In this document: positions 1 through 7,350 of the stretch, piece after piece
Numbering within the stretch: the first letter of the stretch is position 1
Layout of the letters: each line of letters opens with the position of its first letter
NCBI GenBank assembly: GCA_963843575.1
Contig: CAWJKZ010000003.1
Span: 1-15,688, forward strand
Direction: 5' to 3'
Origin: an uncultured Acidobacteriota bacterium
Lineage (GTDB): Bacteria; Acidobacteriota; UBA6911
Length of the DNA: 15,688 bases
Notes under the pieces: generated by a model
Seen by the model: the letters and a program-made list of their open reading frames with translations, nothing else
Told to the model about the DNA's origin: nothing
The model's database searches: none
Translations under genes and position numbers: made by a program

Positions 1-221
1 CCACCAGATCGGCCACACTCCTCGCCGTCGGCGACAAGCACGGCCGCCGCGCCCGACGCGATGCAGCTCCTGGCGCAGGCCGCGTGGCCCGGGTCGGCCC
101 CTTTCTTGGGCGCGCAGCCCGCGTCGCAGATATACCCGGTCCACTCCGCTGCATACGCGCCGCCGCCGACGAGCATCCCGAGCAGAAGTGTCGCTGAAAT
201 TCGCCTGGTCAACCTCTTCAC
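1..221 (-). CDS. Small secreted Cys-rich hypothetical protein (runs off the left window edge)
   Basis: Manual translation, absent from the ORF track because there is no stop in the window: MKRLTRRISATLLLGMLVGGGAYA|AEWTGYICDAGCAPKKGADPGHAACARSCIASGAAAVLVADG. Sec-type signal peptide ending AYA and two CxxxC motifs. SD GAGGAG at 228-223; start is GTG 221 or in-frame TTG 212 (better SD spacing). Confidence 0.75.
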   Translation of the reverse strand, partial: MKRLTRRISATLLLGMLVGGGAYAAEWTGYICDAGCAPKKGADPGHAACARSCIASGAAAVLVADGEECGRSG

Positions 222-261
222 ACTCCTCAATGCCGGTCCTGAAATAGAAACCGACGCTTGA

Positions 262-270
262 ATTCTACCA
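262..270 (-). promoter_or_regulatory. Extended -10 element (TGGTAGAAT) for the small secreted protein gene
   Basis: The minus strand reads TG-G-TAGAAT in the intergenic gap, about 40 nt upstream of the start. Confidence 0.5.
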
Positions 271-292
271 TGCGGCGGGGAGGGTGCTGGGC

Positions 293-926
293 TCAGGGCG
301 TGGCCACGAACCGCTTGGGCCCCGAGACGCACGGCGAGTCTCGATCGACGAAGCGGAGCGGCCACTCGCGCGCTTCGCCGGCGTAGTCGATGCCTATGCG
401 CGGTGTTACGGCAAGCCGCGGGGCAGGCGTCGGCCCCCCCAGCACGCGGACGGCCCCGCCGCCCAGCAGGTCGAGGCCGCTGAGCCTCGCAGTGATGCCC
501 AGCCTCGCGCAGAGACGCCCCGGCCCGGAAAGCAGCTTCGGCGGGCAGCCGTCGGGCACTCCGGCGGCCCGGAGGAGGACGGCCTCCGCGACTCCTTGGC
601 AGCCGGTCACGACGTTGGCGCAGAAATGCATGCCGTACACCAGGAAGACGTACAGGTGGCCCGCCGTCCATGTACATCGGCTCGACCCGTGCAGTCCGCC
701 TCCCTCCCCACGAGTGTGCCGCCCGGTCCTTCGCGCCGAGGTAGGCCTCCGTTTCGACGATCCGCGCTCCGTACCAGTGCCCGCGGTAGCGGCGGGCGAA
801 CCAGGCCCCGACCAGCCGACGCGCGACCTCGACGGTGTCCTGGCGGAAGAAGTCCCGGCCGAAGTCGTCGAGCTCCGGCAACCGGGGATCCAGCAGCAGT
901 CTGGAGTCAGGGGCGATCTGAGCCAT
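293..926 (-). CDS. mpg: DNA-3-methyladenine glycosylase (MPG/AAG family), with one +1 frameshift near 660-662
   Basis: N-terminal frame from ATG 926: FFRQDTVEVARRLVG...RIVETEAYLGAKDRAAHS...RVEPMYMDG. C-terminal frame: GHLYVFLVYGMHFCANVVT...AVLLRA...SGPGRLC...TPRIGIDYA..WPLRF. The span is 634 nt (3n+1); removing one base from the CCC at 660-662 joins the two frames. Confidence 0.9.
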
Positions 927-1000
927 TTCGAATGTCCCAGGCCAGGCGGGGGCCGCGGATTGGATCTCGACACCGCGTCGGGCCCACCGGGGCCTGACGG

Positions 1001-1013
1001 ATTATGATATAAC
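1001..1013. promoter_or_regulatory. Back-to-back -10 elements: TGATATAAC (+, leaderless to ATG 1020) and CATAAT (-, toward mpg)
   Basis: ATTATGATATAAC is the only AT-rich patch between the divergent genes. TATAAC at 1008-1013 lies 6 nt before ATG 1020 with no SD; 1001-1006 reads CATAAT on the minus strand. Confidence 0.55.
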
Positions 1014-1019
1014 GCGCGC

Positions 1020-3033
1020 ATGGACACCAATCGCGAAAGCGGCCGGGCGGGACGCGACCTCCTCGGCGGTGGCGAACTCTTGGATCGCGTGAAGACGAGG
1101 GCCGCCGGGCCGGCCGGCCGGCTGCCTTTTACCGAAGAGATGCTGCGCGAGCGGCCGAGTGGCGACCTTTTCGGCTGGTCGCAGGATGCGGGCATGGGCT
1201 GGGATCCGGGCGAACTCGGGCGCACGGAGTTCCTGATCCTGAGCACCCAGGGGGGCCTTCGGGCGGATTCGGGTGAAGCCGATCGCCCTGGGGTTTCACA
1301 TCGGCCACTGGGAGGTGGGGTTGCTGGTCGGGGCGGCTGCGCGCGAATTCAAGACCACTAGGATGCGATCCCGTTCGCCGGCTGCTGCACGGATCCGTGC
1401 GACGGCCGCACCCAGGGCACGCCGGGCATGATGGACAGCCTGCCGTACCGCAACGATGCGGCGACAGCTGCTGCGTCGCCTCGATCCGGTCGCTGCCGAC
1501 GCGCCGGGGCGTCCTCGGGGTGGCGACCTGCGACAAGGGGCTGCCCGCCATGATGATGGCGCTCGCCGGCAGCCGCACGCTCCCGTGCGTGCTCGTGCCA
1601 GGCGGCGTGACACTGCCTCCCGACAAGGGCGAAGATGCCGGGCAAAGTCCAGTCGATCGGCGCCCGTTTCGCGCACGGCGTGATTACGGTCGAGCGAAGC
1701 GGCCGAGCTGGCGTGCCGCGCATGCGCGACCCCGGGCGGCGGGTGCCAGTTCCTGGGAACGGCCGCGACTTCGCAGGTGGTGGGCGAGGCGCTGGGCCTC
1801 TCCCTGCGCGCATTCCGCCCTGGCTCCCTCCGGCCAGCCCGTCTGGCTGGATGCCGCGGCGAGATCCGCCCGCGCCCTCGCGTTCTGGACTCGCGCGGGC
1901 ATCGCGCTGGCCGACATCCTCACGCCGGCCGCGATCCACAACGCCATGGTCGTGCACGCCGCCTTCGGCGGTTCGACGAACCTGCTGCTGCACGTACCGG
2001 CGATCGCCCACGCGGCCGGACTTCCCCGGCCGTCGGTGGACGACTGGATCTCGGTCAACCGCAGCGTGCCGCGGCTGGTCGACGTCACTGCCCGAACGGC
2101 CCCGCGAATCACCCGACGGTCCGCGTGTTCCTGGCCGGCGGAGTGCCGGAGGTCATGCTGCACCTGCGGCGGCTGGGGCTGCTCCGTGAGGATTGCCTGA
2201 CCGCCGCAGGGCTGACGCTCGGCCGCGTCCTCGACTGGTGGGAGAATTCCGACCGTCGCCGCCGCTCGAGAGAACGCCTGCGCCAGGCGGACGGGATCGA
2301 TCCCGACGAGGTCATCTTCACGCCCGAAAACGCGGCGCGGCGGGGGTTGACCAGCACCGTGACCTTCCCCAGGGGCAACCTGGCCCCCGAGGGGTCCGTG
2401 GTGAAAAGCACGGCCATCGACCCGTCGGTCGTTGATGCGGACGGGGTGTTTCGGAAGGTCGGACCGGCACGGGTGTTCACCTCCGAAACCGGTGCCATCG
2501 CCGCCATCAAGAGCAACGGACCCGATCGTATCCGGGCAGGCGACGTGCTGGTCCTGATCTGTCGCGGCCCGGCGGGTGCCGGGATGGAGGAGATCTACCA
2601 GATCACGGCTGCGCTGAAACACCTTCCGTGGGGCAAGCACGTCACCGTACTGACCGACGGTCGCTTTTCCGGCGTCTCCACCGGCGCGTGCATCGGCCAC
2701 ATCGGACCGGAGGCCCTCGCCGGCGGCCCGATCGGCAAGGTGCTGGACGGGGACCGCATCCGGGTCGTCGTGGACCGCAACCAGCTGACAGGCTCGGTGG
2801 ATTTCGTGGGGGACCCCCACGGGGAGTTCGGGGTCGCCGAAGGGGAGCGCATACTCGGCGAAAGGGCGCCCCGACCGGACCTCCGCCCCGATCCGTTGCT
2901 GCCGGACGACACACGGCTCTGGGCCGCCCTCCAGGCGTGCAGCGGCGGCACGTGGGGCGGGTGCGTAACCGATCCGGCAGCGATAGTCGCGGCCCTGTCT
3001 CGGGGAGCCGCCGAGGCAAGCCCCGGGAAATGA
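1020..3033 (+). CDS. yjhG: YjhG/YagF-family D-xylonate dehydratase (IlvD/Edd family), broken by multiple frameshifts that are probably sequencing errors
   Basis: Colinear motifs across frames: [134 protein letters not shown]. Frame changes near 1275, 1355, 1467, 1483, 1640, 1695, 1808 and 2087-2092. Confidence 0.92.
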
Positions 3034-3081
3034 TCTCCCGCGCTTCCCGATGCGAGGGGAGATCGAGCCAACGGCCCGTGG

Positions 3082-3996
3082 CTACCCCGTTGCCGGCCCG
3101 CCGGGCACGAGGATGTGTCGGAGGGCTTCGCAGAGAACAGGGTGGCGGAAGCGGAAGCCGGCAGCCTCAAGACGCGCGGGAATCACCCGGGCGCTGCTGA
3201 GCAGCATCTCGTCCCCCATCTCGCCGAGCGCGAGCCGGGCGACGAACCCCGGGACGGCAAAGACCGTCGGCCGGGAAAGCGCCGCACCCAGTTCCCGGGT
3301 GAATTCAAGGTTCGTGGCCGGGTTAGGGGATACGGCGTTAACCGCGCCAGACAGAGCGTCATCCGTCAGGACGCGCACGACGACCTCTACGAGGTCGCCC
3401 AGGGAAATCCAGCTCCAGTACTGCCGGCCGCTGCCGAAGCGTCCTCCCAACCCCATTCGGAACGGCGGCAGCATTTTGGGCAGTGCACCCCCCAGTCCGC
3501 TCAACACGATGCCGAGGCGCAGCCGTGTCACCCGGATGCCCCGGCGCTCGGCCGCTGCCGACGCGCCTTCCCAGTCGCGGCAAACCGAGGCGAGGAAACC
3601 GCTTCCCGGCGGGCTCTCCTCCGTTAGCACCTCGTCCCCGCGATTCCCATAATAGCCGACGGCCGAGGCGCAGATCAAAGCCCTGGGCGGTTCGCGAAGC
3701 GAGGCGAGTGTATCCGAAAGAATCCGCGTGCCACCGACCCGGCTGTCGTAAATGCGCCTCTTGCGCTCGCTGGTCCACCGCCCGGAGAGGGACTCGCCGG
3801 CAAGGTGTACCACGGCATCGAAGTGCTCGAGTGCCGCCGGGGCGAGGCCGGCGCTCGCGGGATTCCAGAACAGTTCGTCCGCTCCGGGCCTGGGAGGGCG
3901 GCGCACCAGCCGGAACACGCGTTCCCCCGCGCCCTTGAGCCGCTCGACCAGCGCCGAACCGATGAGACCGGTGGATCCCGTGACGAGTATCTTCAT
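3082..3996 (-). CDS. TIGR01777-family NAD-dependent epimerase/oxidoreductase (YfcH-like)
   Basis: MKILVTGSTGLIG Rossmann start, VVHLAGE, SASAVGYYG-like motif (CASAVGYYG), GFLASVCRDWE, GSGRQYWSWI, LLSSARVIPARL..AGFRF. SD GGGAG upstream of ATG 3996. Confidence 0.92.
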   Translation of the reverse strand: MKILVTGSTGLIGSALVERLKGAGERVFRLVRRPPRPGADELFWNPASAGLAPAALEHFDAVVHLAGESLSGRWTSERKRRIYDSRVGGTRILSDTLASLREPPRALICASAVGYYGNRGDEVLTEESPPGSGFLASVCRDWEGASAAAERRGIRVTRLRLGIVLSGLGGALPKMLPPFRMGLGGRFGSGRQYWSWISLGDLVEVVVRVLTDDALSGAVNAVSPNPATNLEFTRELGAALSRPTVFAVPGFVARLALGEMGDEMLLSSARVIPARLEAAGFRFRHPVLCEALRHILVPGGPATG

Positions 3997-4145
3997 AGGT
4001 CTCCCGACTGAAGTCACAAAAACCGTACCACCATTGACGGCGCACCGCAACGCGGGCGGGAACCCGAGACCCCGGACCTGATAAATTCAGTGCCGCTCCC
4101 GTTCCGTGCTCCTGTCGGAGAGCCTGATCGCCAGACGCCGGGAAC

Positions 4146-4502
4146 GTGAGTGGTGTCGGAATCAGCATCCGGGTTCGGCGCTCGCGGCATGGCGGATTGC
4201 CGCGAGACAAGCAAGCCCGCCGCATCATCCTGGCCGACGACAACGAGGAACCCCGGGAGTTCGTCCGACGCATCCTGACGCAGCGGTACGACGTCGAGCC
4301 GGTCGGGGACGGCGCGGAAGCCCTGGCCGCCGCGCACCGACAACCGCCCGATCTGGCCCTCACCAGCGCAACGATGCCCGGCGTGGACGGGCCTCGCACT
4401 GGTGCGCCACCCCACAGGCAAACTCCTGTTCACAGCGTTTCCATCTGGTTCGGTGGAAGCAGGCCTGCCGCTCCGGCGCCCTGGTACTTGCGCAGGGGGT
4501 AG
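4146..4502 (+). pseudogene. Degenerate response-regulator receiver (REC) domain fragment
   Basis: RIILADDNEEPREFVRRILTQRYDVEPVGDGAEALAAAHRQPPDLALTSATMPGVDG matches REC beta1-beta3, but the phospho-acceptor Asp position is Ser. A +1 shift at GGG 4389-4391 continues as DGLALVRH...LLFTA. Start and end are uncertain. Confidence 0.65.
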
Positions 4503-4536
4503 CGTCAACGGTGGAATGAAAGGCGCCGTGCGGTCG

Positions 4537-5259
4537 TTACCAGTTCTCGATCATGCTGGGGTGATACACGGGCGGATTGAGGAAGCGCACGTCCCGGCGT
4601 TTGAAGATGCCCACCAGCAGCATCCCTGCCACGAACCCGCCGATGTGCGCCCAGAACGCCACGCCGCCCCCGCTCCCCTGGCCGGCCATGCTGCCGCTGA
4701 AAAGCTGGAGCACGAACCACACGCCGAGGACCCACCCCGCCGGGATGTACATCATCCGCACGAAGAAGCCCAGGAACACCAGCGTGAGCACGCGGGCCCT
4801 GGGGTAGAGCAGGATGTAAGCCCCGAGCACGCCCGAAATGGCTCCACTGGCACCGATCGAAGGGATCGTCGAGCTCGGGTTGGACACCACGTGCGCCAGC
4901 GAGGCCAGTACGCCCGTCAGGAGGTAGAAGAGAAGGAACCGCACGCGCCCCATCGCCTCTTCGATGTTGTTGCCGAAGATCCAGAGGTACAACATGTTCC
5001 CGAGCAGATGCATGATGCCGCCGTGCAGGAACATGCTGGTGAAGACCGTCAGGAGCGGCGGGACCGCGAGCAGCGAGGCCGGGAGAGCGCGCTCGCCCAG
5101 GACGACGGCCGGGATAGCCCCGTACTGATAGACCATCGTCTGCCCGTCCTTGGCACCCAGGGATACCTGGTACGCGAAAACGACGACATTGATGGCAATC
5201 AGCGCAATCGTCAGGAATGGCGTGATCGTTGTCGGGTTGTCGTCCCGCAGGGGAAACAT
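4537..5259 (-). CDS. Rhomboid-family intramembrane serine protease
   Basis: MFPLRDDNP N-terminus, SMFLHGGIMHLLGNMLYLWIFGNNIE, catalytic GASG, AFWAHIGGF (catalytic His), several hydrophobic helices; SD GAGGA. Confidence 0.95.
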   Translation of the reverse strand: MFPLRDDNPTTITPFLTIALIAINVVVFAYQVSLGAKDGQTMVYQYGAIPAVVLGERALPASLLAVPPLLTVFTSMFLHGGIMHLLGNMLYLWIFGNNIEEAMGRVRFLLFYLLTGVLASLAHVVSNPSSTIPSIGASGAISGVLGAYILLYPRARVLTLVFLGFFVRMMYIPAGWVLGVWFVLQLFSGSMAGQGSGGGVAFWAHIGGFVAGMLLVGIFKRRDVRFLNPPVYHPSMIENW

Positions 5260-5599
5260 GCGTCCTCATCCTTGCCGGCGGCACCGGCTCTCCCGGGTTC
5301 CGGCGGCACACGCCGCGCCAGGCCTTCCGCTGGGAACATTGAAGCACATCCCCGACCAGCCCGCAATGGGCGCGGTAAGGAGCTTCCCGCCTGTGCCGGA
5401 TGTGGTTCTCAAAGTCGCTGGATGTCGACCTTCTGCTGGAGATGGTGGACAGGCTCGTGAGGAGGACCGCCGAGAGCAGGCGATACCGGTCGCGTTGACT
5501 CGCGGCCGGGCATCGGCCGAGGAGATCGGCACGGCACGGTTGGCATACCTTCCATCGAGAGCGGGTCGGAGCCGCGGCGGTGCCTGGGACGCCAAAGCG

Positions 5600-5628
5600 T
5601 TGTGTGCGGCCGATTTGAGAGTTACAAT
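5600..5628 (+). promoter_or_regulatory. Sigma70-type promoter TTGTGT-N17-TACAAT; predicted TSS about 5635
   Basis: -35 at 5600-5605, -10 at 5623-5628, spacer exactly 17 bp. The predicted TSS coincides with the first arm of a long-range helix. Confidence 0.65.
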
Positions 5629-5634
5629 ACGTCG

Positions 5635-5835
5635 ATCGCTCAACACCGAGAGATCCGGCGCACAGAATGGAACATGCCGGGAAGTCCGCACGACCACGCA
5701 GCGCCCCCGGAGGGACGCGTGGAGGTTCGAACCGGCCTGCGACAGGGGTTCGCGGAAGACGGCTGAGTTGGGAAAAGCGTGCGGCTGGGCTGGGGCCTAC
5801 CGTCGCCTTCACGCCCGTTTGTCTCCGAGAGCGAG
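5635..5835 (+). ncRNA. Candidate structured leader or ncRNA (~200 nt) upstream of the NYN gene; family not recognised
   Basis: Nested helices found by eye: TCGCTC 5636-41/GAGCGA 5829-34; GAGAT 5650-54/GTCTC 5821-25; CCGGCG 5655-60/TGCCGG 5675-80; CCGCACG 5686-92/CGTGCGG 5778-84; CCACGC 5694-99/GCGTGG 5717-22; CGAACC 5728-33/GGTTCG 5747-52 enclosing CCTG-CGA-CAGG. Confidence 0.5.
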
Positions 5836-5856
5836 CGCCATGCCACAGAGGTGAAA

Positions 5857-7338
5857 ATGACAGAGGAACGCTTGAAATTCGCGGTGTTCATTGACTTCGA
5901 CAACATCGAGATCGGGGTCCGGACGACGCTGTCGCGCCGGTTCGACATCGACACCGTGCTGGAGGCCATCAAGGAGCGGGGAGAGGTGGTCACGAAGGTT
6001 GCGTACGGAAACTGGAAGCGCGCGGACGAGTACAGCCAGGCGATGACAGAGCACGCGGTCCAGATGGTCCAGCGCAACGTCACACCGCGAGGGGACAAGA
6101 ACGGCGCCGACATCAACCTGGCGCTTGACGCGCTGGAAATGGCCTTCACCCGGGAACACATCAACGCATTCGTGATCGTGGGGGGCGACAGCGACTTCAT
6201 CGCACTCGTTGAGAAACTCAAGCAGTACGACAAGTCCGTCTTCATCGTGGGGGGACGCGCCTTCACCAGCACGATCCTGCAACGGAACTGCCACGAGTTT
6301 ATCGCCTACGAGAACCTGGTGGCCACGTCTCCGCCGGCCCGAAAACCCGCCGTCAAGGCACAGGCGACCAGCCGCGCGCAGATTGAAGATGCGCTGCCGC
6401 TCATCCGGCGCGCCCTCAAGATACTCGCCGACCGCGAGGTCTCGCCGCAGCTCGGTTTGCTCAAGAGCACCCTCCTGCAACTCGATTCCACTTTTTCGGA
6501 GAAGGACTACGGCACCGGCAGCTTCCGCGAATTCATCCAGAAGATGGCCAACGCAGGCTTCCTCAATCTGAAGCAGGTCGACCGCAGCCTGATGGTCGAG
6601 CTCAGGGACAGCGAACCGCAGGCGGCTGCCGTGGCTGCCCCGCGCGTCGAGGAGCCTCCTTCCGAAGCTGCGGAAGCGGCGCCGGAGGTCGCGCCGGAAC
6701 CCGAGCTGCAGCCACGTCCCCTCGAAGGGGGACGCGACCTGTTTGGGCTGTTCCAGAACGCCCGCGTGAGGCCGCGCTGGCCGATGTATCTGCGGAACAT
6801 GAAGCAGTACCTCAGGGCAGCCGACCCGACGTTCGACGAGCGCGCGCACGGTTTCGCTACTATCCACGACCTTGTCAGGCAGGGACAGCGGGAAGGCATC
6901 TTGCGGATCGAACGGAACCGGCAGGGGATATTGCGCATCTTCCCGGGCGACCGGTTCCCGGGCGAGGGTGCACTGCCCATTCCAGAGGTCCCCGAGATTC
7001 CCGAGCCCGAAATCAGTGGGATCGAAGTCGAATCCGTCCTCCAGGAGGCGCCTCCCCTGGCGGCCGAGCAGATCACGGAATCGGCGCCCGAGGTAGTTAA
7101 CGAACCGCTGCCCGAGGTTCCTGGCGAGAGCGCCGTTGCGGTGCCCGCCGAGGAAGCCGCGGCAGTCCCGGCGGAAGCTGCCGTCGCCGAGGTTGAGGCC
7201 GAAGAGGCCCAGCCGTTTTTCCCTCCGGTGGAAAGGGCGAGGCGGCGCCGGAGCCCGGGTCCTGCAGCGGCGCAGCGCAAACGGCAGCCGTCGGCGCGCA
7301 AGCCGCGGACAAAAAAGAAGGTCGAAGCCGAAAGCTGA
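5857..7338 (+). CDS. NYN (LabA/DUF88, PIN-like) ribonuclease-domain protein with two OST-HTH/LOTUS domains and a disordered acidic/basic C-terminal tail
   Basis: NYN acidic motifs FIDFDNI, KNGADINLALDA, GGDSDF. LOTUS-like motifs LKSTLLQLDSTFSEKDYGTGSFREFI and MKQYLRAADPTFDERAHGFATIHDLV. E/P/A-rich linker and tail ending in RARRRR...RKPRTKKK. SD GAGGTG before ATG 5857; 493 aa. Confidence 0.9.
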   Translation: MTEERLKFAVFIDFDNIEIGVRTTLSRRFDIDTVLEAIKERGEVVTKVAYGNWKRADEYSQAMTEHAVQMVQRNVTPRGDKNGADINLALDALEMAFTREHINAFVIVGGDSDFIALVEKLKQYDKSVFIVGGRAFTSTILQRNCHEFIAYENLVATSPPARKPAVKAQATSRAQIEDALPLIRRALKILADREVSPQLGLLKSTLLQLDSTFSEKDYGTGSFREFIQKMANAGFLNLKQVDRSLMVELRDSEPQAAAVAAPRVEEPPSEAAEAAPEVAPEPELQPRPLEGGRDLFGLFQNARVRPRWPMYLRNMKQYLRAADPTFDERAHGFATIHDLVRQGQREGILRIERNRQGILRIFPGDRFPGEGALPIPEVPEIPEPEISGIEVESVLQEAPPLAAEQITESAPEVVNEPLPEVPGESAVAVPAEEAAAVPAEAAVAEVEAEEAQPFFPPVERARRRRSPGPAAAQRKRQPSARKPRTKKKVEAES

Positions 7339-7350
7339 AGGCGGGCCCGG

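Noticed and set aside
1-926. Apparent in-frame fusion of the mpg N-terminus to the downstream secreted protein
   Set aside because: It arises from the single extra base at 660-662; the downstream gene has its own -10, SD and signal peptide.
1270-2095. Programmed frameshifting or phase variation in the dehydratase
   Set aside because: There are too many sites, with no slippery heptamers or long homopolymers; sequencing error explains them more simply.
5721-5737. GGTTCGAA resembling a tRNA T-loop
   Set aside because: The flanking T-stem does not pair, and there is no cloverleaf, acceptor stem or CCA end.
5635-5835. Identification of the leader as 6S RNA, RNase P RNA, SRP RNA or a cobalamin riboswitch
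   Set aside because: The length and end-to-end pairing are 6S-like, but the interior is multi-branched rather than a rod with a central bubble. GGGAAGTCCG only partly resembles the RNase P motif and the other conserved boxes are absent. An Rfam search is still needed to exclude these formally.
6960-7210. Repeat-like codons (PEVPEIPEPEI, AVPAEEAAAVPAEAAV)
   Set aside because: Low-complexity protein sequence rather than a DNA tandem repeat or CRISPR array.
5857-7338. NYN protein as a toxin-antitoxin or phage-defence component
   Set aside because: No adjacent antitoxin, mobile element or defence-island context is visible and the neighbours are housekeeping-like. An RNA-antitoxin role for the leader cannot be fully excluded.
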